64,000 nucleotides of DNA, from the NCBI GenBank assembly GCA_965205295.1, contig OZ242167.1:2898097-2962096 (forward strand). The letters are read 5' to 3'. Numbering within the stretch: position 1 is the stretch's first letter; each line of letters starts with the position of its first letter. Origin of the DNA: Candidatus Multivorans sp. (GTDB lineage Bacteria; Acidobacteriota; Thermoanaerobaculia; Multivoradales; Multivoraceae). The translations under genes were made by a program, and so were the position numbers. The notes under the pieces are model-generated. The model saw only the letters and a list, made by a program, of their open reading frames with translations, searched no databases and had not been told where the DNA came from. Shown in pieces: positions 27,465 through 37,077 of this stretch.

Positions 27465-29147
27465 ATGCGCCAGCCCCCCCTTCTTCTCACCTCGGTGGCG
27501 CTGACGATCGCCTGCGCTCCGGTGCCTCCGGCCGCGGAAGAGGCCGCGCCCGGCACCCACGACGACCTGCTGCAGCTCTTCGAGGAGTTCCGCGTCTTCC
27601 AGGAACCGGAGATCGTCGACGGCGTGCCCGACTACACCGCCGAGGCGATGGAGCGGCAGCGGCAGGGCCTGGAGGACTACAAGGCCCGGCTCCACGCGAT
27701 CGACATCTCGGACTGGCTGGTCTCCGAGCAGATCGACCACCACCTGGTCCGCGCCGAGATGAACGGGCTCGACTTCCACCACCGGGTGACCCGGCCCTGG
27801 TCGCGCGATCCGGCCTTCTACCTGATGTCCCAGGGCGGCGCCGGACCGGCGATGTCGGGCTTCCGGACCCTCTTCGAACTCGAGCCGCCGTTCGACGACG
27901 GCGAACTGGAGGAGTACCGGACGACCCTGCAGGCGGTGCCGAAGATCTACGAGCAGGCCAGGTCCAACCTGACCGAAGGCGCTTCGGATCTCGCCACGAT
28001 CGCGATCTGGGCCGCGCCTCGGGAGGCGCGCATCTACGACGAGATCGCGGAGCAGCTCGCCGAGCACCACCCCGCACTCGTCCCGGACGCCGAGGCGGCG
28101 CGCGACGCCGTCCTCGCTTTCGGCGGCTGGGTCGAGGAGAACAAGGACTCCATGACCGGCGTCGCCGGCATCGGCAAGGAGAACTACGACTGGTGGCTCC
28201 GCAACGTTCACCTCTCGCCCTACGGCTGGGAGGAGAGCCGGATGATCGTCGAGCAGGAGTACAACCGGCTCGTCACGTTCCTGGCGCTTGAGGAACACCG
28301 TAACCGCGACCTGCCGCCGTTCGACATCGCCGACACGCCGGAGAAGTACGCCGACAACCTCCACGAGGCGCTCGCCTACGTCGTCGAGTTCCTGCGCGAC
28401 GGCGAAGTCATGACCGTGCCGGAGTGGGTCGACGCCACCGACTACAGCGACCCGAACGAGCCGCCGGAGTCGTTACCCTCCGACCCGAGCATCGACCACA
28501 AGGCGCGCGAGCGCGAGATCCTGCCCGGCGAGACCCACGAGTACGTCGGCCACATGCTCGACGGGCAACGGCTCGACCGTGACGAACGGCCGATCCGCGG
28601 CGCCGACCGCCGCTTCAACATGGAGTGGATGCGGATGGAGGGCTGGGCGGTCGCCCTGGAGGAACTCATGATGCAGGCCGGCGTCCTCGACGAACGGCCG
28701 CGCCACGGCCGCGAGGTCGAGTACCTGATGAACATCTCCCACATGAGCCTGGCGCTGCCCGATCTCGCGATGCACGCGAACCTGATCACCTTCGACGAGT
28801 CGCGCAAGCTCTGCGCCGCGTTGATGTCCAAGGGCTGGTCCCAGGAGGACGAACGCATGGTCTGGTACGAGATGGAGTCCAACCTGCGCTTCCCCGGCTT
28901 CCACACCGGGGTCGTCGTCGGCAAGGCCCACTTCATGAAGCTGTTCCGCGAACGGGCAATGCAGCTCGGCGACGACTTCGTGCTCCGTGACTTCATCGAC
29001 GAGTTCCTCGCCGGCGGCATCATCCCGATCTCGCTCATCCGCTGGGAGATGACCGGCTACGACGACGAGATCCGGTTCCTCACCGGCGAGGACGACGTGC
29101 CGAACCGGATGTTCGATCCGGCGCTGCAACTCGCGGACCGGATGTAG
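27465..29147 (+). CDS. DUF885-family protein, lipoprotein
   Basis: RBS AAGGAG at 27452. Lipobox LTIACAP. Sequence features typical of DUF885 (PDYTAEAMERQRQGLEDYKARLHAIDIS..., size ~560 aa). Confidence 0.7.
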   Translation: MRQPPLLLTSVALTIACAPVPPAAEEAAPGTHDDLLQLFEEFRVFQEPEIVDGVPDYTAEAMERQRQGLEDYKARLHAIDISDWLVSEQIDHHLVRAEMNGLDFHHRVTRPWSRDPAFYLMSQGGAGPAMSGFRTLFELEPPFDDGELEEYRTTLQAVPKIYEQARSNLTEGASDLATIAIWAAPREARIYDEIAEQLAEHHPALVPDAEAARDAVLAFGGWVEENKDSMTGVAGIGKENYDWWLRNVHLSPYGWEESRMIVEQEYNRLVTFLALEEHRNRDLPPFDIADTPEKYADNLHEALAYVVEFLRDGEVMTVPEWVDATDYSDPNEPPESLPSDPSIDHKAREREILPGETHEYVGHMLDGQRLDRDERPIRGADRRFNMEWMRMEGWAVALEELMMQAGVLDERPRHGREVEYLMNISHMSLALPDLAMHANLITFDESRKLCAALMSKGWSQEDERMVWYEMESNLRFPGFHTGVVVGKAHFMKLFRERAMQLGDDFVLRDFIDEFLAGGIIPISLIRWEMTGYDDEIRFLTGEDDVPNRMFDPALQLADRM

Positions 29148-29220
29148 GAAGGCTGCCAACCCCCATCCGGGCTAGAACGCGGACCCGGTTGGCGCTCGAC
29201 TCACCGGCTCGGCGAGCGGG

Positions 29221-29280
29221 GCTTGACAACTCGCCCCTTTTTGCCAACAATCTTGTTGCCAACAGATTCGTTGGCATATG
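29221..29280 (+). promoter_or_regulatory. candidate promoter/operator: CTTGACA (-35-like) followed by a direct repeat TTGCCAACA x2 (29241-29249, 29256-29264) and the inverted partner GTTGGCA (29270-29276)
   Basis: Read directly. Lies ~30 nt upstream of the ATG at 29303 of the ATPase-like gene pair. Confidence 0.4.
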
Positions 29281-29302
29281 CCCCCAACGAGGAGAAGGGC
29301 GA

Positions 29303-30244
29303 ATGGCACTGAGAAAGGCGGGTTTCGATGAACTCGCCGTCTCCGAACTGAAGATCAAGCTGCGAGCGGGACTGAACCCCGGTGACTGGCAGCACAAGGG
29401 CGATCTCATCTTCCAGGCGCTCGCGAAGAGCAAGCGGCCGGTTGTACTCGCTGTCGACGAGCTTCCCATTCTCGTCAGCCGGTTGCTGAAGGGGAGTGAC
29501 CAGCGCACTACCGCAGAGCGAACTCAGGCAACTGAAGAGTTCCTGAGTTGGCTGCGCAAGAACGCCCAAGCCCACCGAGGGCGGATCTGTCTGATCCTCT
29601 CCGGCAGCGTCGGCCTCCACCCCATACTCCATCAAGTCGGGTTGACAGCCCAGGCGAACATCTACACCCCCTTCGATCTGAGGCCCTGGAACCAGGAAAC
29701 GGCGACCGACTGCCTCGCCGAGCTGGCGGTGACGTACAACCTCAACCTCTCCCAAGAGGTCCGGGCCAAGATGTGCCGGCACCTGCGCAGCCTGGTACCG
29801 CACCATGTGCAGCAGTTCTTCGACCACCTGCACGAGCACCTGCGGCGCCACCGTCGCCATACTGCCTCGCTCGAGGACGTGGCTCATGTGTACGAGCAGG
29901 AGTTGCTTGGCGTTCGCGGTCAAACGGACCTTGACCACTACGAGAGCCGGCTCAAGGTGGCCTTGGACTCGGAGGGCTACAAGGCTGCACTCGAACTTCT
30001 GACCGAGGCCGCGACGAATGACGGCCTACTTAGCGGCGAAGCCCTCGCCCGTTACAACGTCGACTACGAACGGACTACCTCTATTCAATATGTGTTCCAC
30101 GTCCTCGAGCACGACGGCTATCTTGAGCCGTCGGCAGACGGTCATCGATTCATATCGGGCCTGGTCGAGGACTGGTGGCGAGCCCGCCACGCCCAGCACT
30201 TCGTACCGATTGCTGAACGCGGGCTCTCCAGGGGGACGAACTGA
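29303..30244 (+). CDS. ATPase-like protein lacking a P-loop (Walker B/sensor region only), paralogous to the NTPase domain of the downstream gene
   Basis: RBS GGAG upstream of the ATG at 29303. PVVLAVDELPILVS (Walker-B-like), then RICLILSGSVGLHPIL and TPFDLRPWNQETATDCLAE. The same motif order occurs in the downstream protein (LVLLVENLN...RIALLASATS...LAPLDTDECMILWE). No GxxxxGK[ST] anywhere. Confidence 0.5.
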   Translation: MALRKAGFDELAVSELKIKLRAGLNPGDWQHKGDLIFQALAKSKRPVVLAVDELPILVSRLLKGSDQRTTAERTQATEEFLSWLRKNAQAHRGRICLILSGSVGLHPILHQVGLTAQANIYTPFDLRPWNQETATDCLAELAVTYNLNLSQEVRAKMCRHLRSLVPHHVQQFFDHLHEHLRRHRRHTASLEDVAHVYEQELLGVRGQTDLDHYESRLKVALDSEGYKAALELLTEAATNDGLLSGEALARYNVDYERTTSIQYVFHVLEHDGYLEPSADGHRFISGLVEDWWRARHAQHFVPIAERGLSRGTN

Positions 30245-32844
30245 TGACCGTAGCGACGCGGAAGTTCAACCCGGGATTCCTGACCGAGGACGCACTCGTA
30301 GCTTCCTTTTGCGTACGCACCCGCGAGTTCGAGTCGATCGTCGAGACCCTCCGCGGATGTACCGGGAACTCGAACCAGCACCAGATCGTCATCGGACCGC
30401 GCGGCAGCGGCAAGACGACGCTGCTCCTCCGCGTCGCTGCCGAGATCGGCCGCGACGTCGAACTCGCCCGCAACTTCTTCCCGATTCGATTCGCGGAGGA
30501 GAGCTACGAAGTCTCAACCGCCGGCGAGTTCTGGCTCGAGTGCTTGGCCCAACTCGCCGAGCAAGCGCCTCAAGACAAGGATGAGCCGGACCTGAGTCGA
30601 ACGCTCAAGGAACTGCGAAGTGTCGAAGACGATCAGCTCCTCGCGGATCGTTGCCTCGGAACCCTGCTTGACTACTCCGACCACCAAGGGAAGCGCTTGG
30701 TCCTCCTCGTCGAGAACCTGAACATGATGTTCCGGGACATTGTCGATCCCGATGCGGGCTGGAGGCTGCGTCATACCCTCCAGACCGAATCCCGAATCGC
30801 GTTGCTGGCCAGCGCCACGAGCCGGTTCGGCGAAATTGACAACCCCGACAGTGCCCTCTACGAACTCCTCCGCGTCCACACGCTGGCGCCTCTAGACACC
30901 GACGAATGCATGATCCTCTGGGAAGCAGAATCGGGCGAGTCCCCATCACGCGAGGAGGTCCGACCCTTGGAGATCCTGACCGCCGGCAGCCCACGCCTGC
31001 TGGCGATCGTCGCCCGGACGGGCGCAGGCAGGTCTCTGCGGGACCTGCTGGATCACCTCCTCGATTTGATCGATGACCACACCGAGTACTTCAAGAGCCA
31101 CATCGAGGCGCTTCCGGCGCAGGAGCGCCGCGTCTACCTGGCTCTCGCCGAACTCTGGGAACCGGCGACGACGAAGGAGGTCGCAGGTCGAGCCCGCCTA
31201 GACACGAACAAGTGCAGCGCACAACTCAAGCGCCTGTCCGACCGCGGCGCAGTACGAGTCGTCGGCGGCTCATCACGCCGGAAGCAGTTCTACCTGACGG
31301 AACGGCTCTACAACATCTACTACCTGCTTCGGCGCCATCGAGGCCTGGACCGGCCGGTTCGGGCGCTCCTCCGATTCATGTCGTCGTACTACACAGGCTT
31401 CGAATTGGTGACGGTGATGACTGAGTTCGTCAAAGACACCATCAGACCCCGAACAAGAGTGAACGCCTTGCGAGCCGCGGCGTTGGAACAGCTACCGGAC
31501 TTGGCCAACGCCGAACTCGGGGCGCCCGGATGCACGACAAGCCGCGAACAGGCGCTGCTGAGGCTCGTGGCCGCGTCCGGCCAAATCGCCTACTACCGAC
31601 GCCTCGACCGCCCGGAGGAAGCGCTTGGCGCTTGCGAGGCGGCGCTCACCGCCTTTCAACCCGGCGGCCTTCCAGGGAGATTCAAGTCCGCTCGAACCTT
31701 GAGCGTAAAGGCAGACCTGCTCCGAAGCCTGAGCCGGCACGAAGAAGCCATCGCCGTATGCGATGAGGCCCTGAGGCTTTCGGAACCCGGTGAACACGAG
31801 GTTGCCGCCGCACATGACTTCTTCAACGCCGCGATAGTGGATGTCCTTCACACGAAGGCCACCTCGCTTTGCGAAGTTGGCCGCAACGAGGCCGCAGCCG
31901 ACGCCTACCTTGAAGTCGAGCGTCGATTCGGCGAGAGCGAGAAGATGTCCCACAGAATGGACGCGGCCGCCGCCTTGATCAGCAGAGCCATGATTCTGGA
32001 CGACATGGGCGGTGGCCAAGAGGCTCTGAGCCAGTGTAGTGCGGTTCTTGATCGATTCGGTGCAGTCGGCCAAGCGGAGATGGAGGAGTGGATGGGCTTT
32101 GCGCTGCTGATGAAGGGAGATCTCCTCGACCGCTCGGATAGGCCGAAAGAAGCCCTGGTCGCTCTCGATCAAGCGCTACGGCGATTCGAGAACAGCGACC
32201 TCCCCAAAGCCGACGATTCCGTCCTCGCTACCTTCGCGGCAAAGGGAGCTCTACTCTGGAAGCTGGGGGAAGAAGACGCTGCACGAGCCGCCTTCAACGA
32301 CGCCCTAGAGCGCCTGAGAGGCGAGCAGGCCGATGGCGCCGCGGATTGGCGAGCCAGGGTACAACTCCTGCGGGGCAGTCTGGAGTTGGACTGCAAGGAG
32401 TACGAGAGCGCCCGGAAGGCCGCCAGCGAGGTGTTGGCTCACGACCCCGACGGCGATCCCCAGCTCCGCAGCCGGGCTTTTCTGCTCGGCGCTCGATCCG
32501 CTCTGTTCGACACTCCCGCAGCAGCCGAGAGCGATCTCGCAGCCGCCCTAGACCTGCTGTCGGCCCTGGATTCTCTTCCAGTCGAGACGTTCGACGCTCT
32601 CGCCGAGGCCGCGGTCGAACTCGGTCCGGCCCGCGTCCTCAAGCTGATCGAGGGCTCGGCTTCGGCCGAGTCGCTTCTTCCGCTCACGACGGCGCTGAAA
32701 CTGGAACTTGGACGCGCGCCACGCGTCGCACGCGAGGTGGAGGAAGTAGCCAAGGACATTCGACGAAGCTTGGCGACGGCGAGACGGAAGCGCGGTGCTA
32801 CCGACGAAGAGAACCCAAGACCCGAACGTGAGGAGCCTTCCTGA
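30244..32844 (+). CDS. P-loop NTPase (AAA+/STAND-like) with winged-helix domain and long C-terminal TPR-like array
   Basis: Walker A IVIGPRGSGKTTLLL and Walker B RLVLLVENLN. A wHTH-like segment (PAQERRVYLALAELWEPATTKEVAGRARLDTNKCSAQLKRLSDRGAVRVV). ~500 aa of TPR-like helical repeats. Start overlaps the upstream stop (TGATG). Confidence 0.65.
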   Translation: MTVATRKFNPGFLTEDALVASFCVRTREFESIVETLRGCTGNSNQHQIVIGPRGSGKTTLLLRVAAEIGRDVELARNFFPIRFAEESYEVSTAGEFWLECLAQLAEQAPQDKDEPDLSRTLKELRSVEDDQLLADRCLGTLLDYSDHQGKRLVLLVENLNMMFRDIVDPDAGWRLRHTLQTESRIALLASATSRFGEIDNPDSALYELLRVHTLAPLDTDECMILWEAESGESPSREEVRPLEILTAGSPRLLAIVARTGAGRSLRDLLDHLLDLIDDHTEYFKSHIEALPAQERRVYLALAELWEPATTKEVAGRARLDTNKCSAQLKRLSDRGAVRVVGGSSRRKQFYLTERLYNIYYLLRRHRGLDRPVRALLRFMSSYYTGFELVTVMTEFVKDTIRPRTRVNALRAAALEQLPDLANAELGAPGCTTSREQALLRLVAASGQIAYYRRLDRPEEALGACEAALTAFQPGGLPGRFKSARTLSVKADLLRSLSRHEEAIAVCDEALRLSEPGEHEVAAAHDFFNAAIVDVLHTKATSLCEVGRNEAAADAYLEVERRFGESEKMSHRMDAAAALISRAMILDDMGGGQEALSQCSAVLDRFGAVGQAEMEEWMGFALLMKGDLLDRSDRPKEALVALDQALRRFENSDLPKADDSVLATFAAKGALLWKLGEEDAARAAFNDALERLRGEQADGAADWRARVQLLRGSLELDCKEYESARKAASEVLAHDPDGDPQLRSRAFLLGARSALFDTPAAAESDLAAALDLLSALDSLPVETFDALAEAAVELGPARVLKLIEGSASAESLLPLTTALKLELGRAPRVAREVEEVAKDIRRSLATARRKRGATDEENPRPEREEPS

Positions 32845-32845
32845 C

Positions 32846-33892
32846 ATGCAATACCGAACCCTCGGCCGCACCGGCCTGAAGGTCTCGCCGCTCGGGCTCG
32901 GCACGAGCAACTTCGGCGATGTGACGCCCGAGGACGAGGCGCGGCGGATCATCGAGCGGACGCTCGACTCCGGGGTCAACCTGATCGACCTCGGCCACAT
33001 CTACGGCGATGGCAAAGCCGAGCGGATCGTCGGCAGTGTGCTCAAGGAGAGCGGCCGGCGGCACGAGGTCCTGATCTCGACCAAGATCTACCCCGGCGAG
33101 TTCGATGACGACACTGGTCTCGCCCGGTCGGAGCATGTGCCGGGGCACAACGCGAACGAGCAGGGACTCTCCCGGGCCGGGATCCTCAACGCCTGCGACG
33201 CGGCCCTGCGCCGCCTGCAAACGGACCACATCGACCTGTACCAGACGCACCGGCCGGACTTCGGCATCCCCATCGACGAGACGCTGCGTGCGTTCGACGA
33301 CCTGGTCCGGGCCGGCAAGGTCCGGTACATCGGCTGCTCGACCTACCCCGCCTGGAGCGTGATGGAAGCGCTGATGGTGAGCGAGCTGAAGGGGTACGTC
33401 CGCTTCTCGTCCGAGCAGGCGCCCTACAACCTGCTCGACCGGCGGATCGAGAACGAGCTGATCCCGCTCTGCCGCAAGCACGGTCTCGGCATTCTCGCCT
33501 GGGCGCCCCTCGGCATGGGCGTGCTGGCGGGGAGGTACTCCGATGCGGCGAAGTACCCGGAAGGCTCCCGCGCCGACCTGCTCGGCAAGTACTACGCGCG
33601 GCGGGTCACGAAGCGCGCCATCCAGGTCGGCGTCGAGTTCGCCAAGCTCGCGGCCGAGGCCGGGATCACGCCGGCCCAGCTCGCGATCCTGTGGTGCAAG
33701 GACCAGCCAGGGATCACGGCGCCGCTTATCGGCCCGCGGACCTGCGAACACTTCGACGAACTCGTCGCCGTCCAGGAGATGACGCTCGACCCCGAGATCG
33801 CAGCCGCCTGCGACGCCCTGGTACCGCCCGGGAGCGCGGTGTCGGACTTCCACAACACCTCGGGGTGGATGAAGACCCAGCTCACCTGGTAG
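32846..33892 (+). CDS. aldo/keto reductase (paralog of 1721..2773)
   Basis: ATG at 32846 with AGGAG at 32831. MQYRTLGRTGLKVSPLGLGTSNFGD. Highly similar in sequence and length to the first AKR. Confidence 0.85.
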   Translation: MQYRTLGRTGLKVSPLGLGTSNFGDVTPEDEARRIIERTLDSGVNLIDLGHIYGDGKAERIVGSVLKESGRRHEVLISTKIYPGEFDDDTGLARSEHVPGHNANEQGLSRAGILNACDAALRRLQTDHIDLYQTHRPDFGIPIDETLRAFDDLVRAGKVRYIGCSTYPAWSVMEALMVSELKGYVRFSSEQAPYNLLDRRIENELIPLCRKHGLGILAWAPLGMGVLAGRYSDAAKYPEGSRADLLGKYYARRVTKRAIQVGVEFAKLAAEAGITPAQLAILWCKDQPGITAPLIGPRTCEHFDELVAVQEMTLDPEIAAACDALVPPGSAVSDFHNTSGWMKTQLTW

Positions 33893-33930
33893 GAGAATCC
33901 ACCGAGCGGTTATGGCAGTATTGCCGCGTT

Positions 33931-34212
33931 ATGGTCAAGGTCACCTACTCCCTCGACGACGCCACCGTTCGCCGCATCCGCCGGACCGCTGAGCGGCTCG
34001 GCAAGCCGCAGAGTCAGGTCGTCCGCGAGGCGGTAGCCGACTTCGCCGCCCGGGCCGACCGGCTGAGCGAGGTCGAGCGCCTTCGCATGCTGAAAGTGAT
34101 CAGCGACCTCCGCGAGGCGCCGCCGACGCGGTCGAGAGAGGAAACGAACGCCGAACTGCGGGATATCCGCGCCTCGCGGCGGTTCGGATGGCGCAGGGAA
34201 ACGGGTCCGTGA
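33931..34212 (+). CDS. vapB: ribbon-helix-helix (CopG-like) VapB-type antitoxin
   Basis: MVKVTYSLDDATVRRIRRTAERLGKPQSQVVREAV is an RHH N-terminus. Stop overlaps the start of the PIN gene (TGATG). Confidence 0.6.
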   Translation: MVKVTYSLDDATVRRIRRTAERLGKPQSQVVREAVADFAARADRLSEVERLRMLKVISDLREAPPTRSREETNAELRDIRASRRFGWRRETGP

Positions 34213-34583
34213 TGGTCCACCTGGACACGTCGGCCCTGGTTGGGGCGCTGACGGGTCCACATGATTCGATCAACCGCCTGTTCGCACTCGTCGACGAAGG
34301 GCACCGGCTGGCGCTCTCCTCCATCGTTCTCTACGAGTGGTTGCGGGGGCCGCGGCGGATGCCGGAGCTGCAGGCGCAGGAGGAGCTCTTTCCCTCGGCC
34401 GCCGCCGTCCCATTCGACGCCGAAGCGGCAGCGCGCGCGGCCGTGATCTACGGCGCCGTAACGAACCCCCGCGGCCGCGAGGCGGACATCGCCATCGCGG
34501 CCTGCGCGATCGTCCACGACGCGGCGATCTGGACGCTGAACCCGGCCGATTTCGACGACGTGCCAGGGCTCGAACTGGTGTAG
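34212..34583 (+). CDS. vapC: PIN-domain toxin VapC
   Basis: MVHLDTSALV N-terminal PIN motif; ~124 aa; distal acidic residues present. Confidence 0.75.
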   Translation: MVHLDTSALVGALTGPHDSINRLFALVDEGHRLALSSIVLYEWLRGPRRMPELQAQEELFPSAAAVPFDAEAAARAAVIYGAVTNPRGREADIAIAACAIVHDAAIWTLNPADFDDVPGLELV

Positions 34584-34612
34584 CGATCCGGTTCGGCGCG
34601 AAAACGAGCAGT

Positions 34613-36037
34613 TCACCGGACCAGGATGAGTTCCTGCTGCGGCGGCGACAGGAACTCGATGCCGTCCTCCGTCGCGAGCGCTTCCTCGTGGTCCCACCAC
34701 AGGAGGTACTGGTCCTCGCCCTCCGGGGCCGGCGAGGGCATGTAGAAGAAGTACTCGATGACGAAGTGGTGGTACGGCGCGAGCGGGATCTCCCTCGACC
34801 AGTCCGGGCCCAGGGAGCCGATCCGGGGCCCGAAGTAGGTCTCGACCGACTCGGGCCCGGCACCCTTCATCTGGCCGTGGGAGTCGATCGAGATGTGGGT
34901 CTTCGTGGCGTCAGAGTCGGCCGCATACGCCGGGAAGTCGTTCTTGGCTGACACCATGTGGAGCTGGTTGTCGCGGACGACGATCCCGGCCTCCTCGAAT
35001 CTGCGCGTGTAGTCGCCGATGATCTCGCGCGGCGTCAGGCCGGCCCGAATCGTCTCGGCCAGGATCGCGTCGACCTTCAGGTACTCGTCCCAGAGCTTCT
35101 GGATCTCGGGCGGCGGCTCCGTCTCGCCCTCGCGTAGCACGTAGGCGTACATGCCGATGCTCGGGTTGGTGAGGATGTCGCCGTCCTGGACCACGGCGTC
35201 CTCCCAGCCTTCGCTGCGGCCGCGCTGGGACTGTCCCGTCTTCATCCGGCGCATCACCGTGAGCTCGGCGTCGTCGGTCCGGGTCACGCCCGGCTCGATC
35301 GCAGCCACGGCCTCCTCGAACCGCTCGAGTTCGTCCTGCCGCATCCGCTTCAGCAGCTCGACCTCGCTCGGTACGTGGCGGTTGATGTAGTCCATCATCA
35401 GCCACTCGGACGAGATGAGCCGGCTCGCGTACTCCGCGCCGAGTTCCTCGGACAGGAGCACGTAGTCGGTGTGCGAGAGGCCGTCGATCTCGCCCCGGTA
35501 GGTCACCCAGGGGCCGAGGTCGTGCTTGAAGTTGACGGCGATGACTTCCGGGTCGCGCGCGGCGACGAAGTCCTTGAGTCCCACGAAGCGGTAGTCGTAC
35601 TCGGTCGTCGGACCGCCGACCGGCTCCTGGACCCGGACCGCGGGCGCTGTGATGTCGTAGGCGCCGCTCGCTTCCACGTACCGGTAGTCCCTCTCGCCCC
35701 AGCCGCGGTGGGCGGCGCCCCAGCGCCGGCCGAGCACCGCCCGTTCGATCCGGTCGCCGCCGCGGTCGGTGAACACGAAGACCCCGGACGTGCTGCCGAG
35801 TTCGTGGGCGCCGAACGGGTCCGGCACCGCCTCCCGCATCACGTGGATCCACATGTCGACGCCGCGCTCCCGCATGATCTCAGGGAGGACGACGTCGAAC
35901 TTGTCGCGGCGGATCTGGTGGTTCTCGGCTTCGTACCGGGCGGGAGCAAGTGGCTGGTCCTGAGCGGTTGCCGGTGCCGCTACGGCCAGAGCGAACAGCA
36001 GGCAGAACATCTGTGCTCGCTTGGTCTTCGAGTTCAT
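34613..36037 (-). CDS. secreted hypothetical protein
   Basis: ATG with GAGGT RBS. Signal peptide MNSKTKRAQMFCLLFALAVAAPATAQ. No motif recognised confidently. Confidence 0.5.
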   Translation of the reverse strand: MNSKTKRAQMFCLLFALAVAAPATAQDQPLAPARYEAENHQIRRDKFDVVLPEIMRERGVDMWIHVMREAVPDPFGAHELGSTSGVFVFTDRGGDRIERAVLGRRWGAAHRGWGERDYRYVEASGAYDITAPAVRVQEPVGGPTTEYDYRFVGLKDFVAARDPEVIAVNFKHDLGPWVTYRGEIDGLSHTDYVLLSEELGAEYASRLISSEWLMMDYINRHVPSEVELLKRMRQDELERFEEAVAAIEPGVTRTDDAELTVMRRMKTGQSQRGRSEGWEDAVVQDGDILTNPSIGMYAYVLREGETEPPPEIQKLWDEYLKVDAILAETIRAGLTPREIIGDYTRRFEEAGIVVRDNQLHMVSAKNDFPAYAADSDATKTHISIDSHGQMKGAGPESVETYFGPRIGSLGPDWSREIPLAPYHHFVIEYFFYMPSPAPEGEDQYLLWWDHEEALATEDGIEFLSPPQQELILVR

Positions 36038-36060
36038 GTGCTTACCTCGTGGCGGCCAGG

Positions 36061-36092
36061 CCGGATGCGGGCGAGACGCCCGCGTTCCCAGG
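36061..36092. repeat. REP-like palindromic element copy B (CCGGATGCGGGCGAGACGCCCGCGTTCCCAGG)
   Basis: Intergenic between two minus-strand genes. The arms carry a compensatory pair relative to copy A (GCGGGCG/CGCCCGC). Confidence 0.7.
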
Positions 36093-36126
36093 GCCTGAAC
36101 GACCCGTCGTCCCGCGTTGCAGCCTT

Positions 36127-36993
36127 CTACTCACCGGTGAACTCATACGGCTCGATCACCAGCGGGGCGCCTTCGTACTTCCCGTCAGGAATCACGGTCG
36201 CCAGACTGTACTCGGGGCGGCTCAGAACCTCGAACAGGACCGGCTCCCCCACCTGCACCTTCTCGCGCGTATTCAGCGGCCACTCGTGGCCGATCTCGTC
36301 GAGCCGCCCTGGGAAGTCCTGAGCGCCGATGAAGGACGTGTACACCCAGTAGATGTACTCCGCCGCCATGCAGCCGTAGTCGCAGGTCTCGTCGTCGTAG
36401 GTGTACCAGGCGCCTTCCGGATACTCGTCCGGGGGTCCGTCGAAGCGGCCGCCGCGCGCCTTGTCCATGGCGTCGGTCAGCTCGGAGCCCGGCTCCAGAC
36501 CGAAGGTCTCCGGATAGGCGACGGCGAGGCCGTTGTCCGTGATCATGTGGAAGATCTCCTCGAGCGAGGCGTCGAAGACACCCCGCTCCCGGGCGTCGAT
36601 CCGGGTCTCCTCGTCGTACAGACCCTGACCCCGGGGCGCGTTGGCCCAGTCCATCTCGTGCGCCTCGTCCTGCGTACCGGTCATCACGATCGTGCCCCCG
36701 GTGTCCAGCATCGCCTGGTGGATCTTCGGATTGTCGACCTCGCCGTCCTCGTCGTTGTCGAGAAACTGCGCCAGGACGCCGGCCGCGTGCAGGAGCTTGT
36801 CGTCGCCGGTCGTGTTCGTGGCCAGGATCGGCACGCCGTGGACCATCACCTTCTTGACCCAGGCGATTTCGCTTGTCGCCGGCTCGGTCGCGTCGGCGGC
36901 GCCAGCGCCTTCGTCCGGCGCCGCGCCGCAGGCAACAACGATCACGAAGACCAACAGCTCCGAGGCGAGACGTTGGCAGTTTCGAGGCTTCAT
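36127..36993 (-). CDS. hypothetical lipoprotein
   Basis: Start at M9 gives MKPRNCQRLASELLVFVIVVACG (lipobox). No recognised domain. Confidence 0.5.
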   Translation of the reverse strand: MKPRNCQRLASELLVFVIVVACGAAPDEGAGAADATEPATSEIAWVKKVMVHGVPILATNTTGDDKLLHAAGVLAQFLDNDEDGEVDNPKIHQAMLDTGGTIVMTGTQDEAHEMDWANAPRGQGLYDEETRIDARERGVFDASLEEIFHMITDNGLAVAYPETFGLEPGSELTDAMDKARGGRFDGPPDEYPEGAWYTYDDETCDYGCMAAEYIYWVYTSFIGAQDFPGRLDEIGHEWPLNTREKVQVGEPVLFEVLSRPEYSLATVIPDGKYEGAPLVIEPYEFTGE

Positions 36994-37077
36994 GGTTCGT
37001 CCTCCTTGCAGCGTCATAGCTGCTCTTGTTGCATCATCCGCGCCCGGTCAGGCCGTGGCGGCCGGCTCGCGGCGGCC

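Noticed and set aside
29189-29302. ORF-track start at 29189 for the ATPase-like gene, which would add 38 N-terminal residues.
   Set aside because: The extension would be translated across the operator-like repeat array. ATG 29303 has a GGAG RBS. Even the extended form lacks a Walker A, so the P-loop-less conclusion is unchanged.
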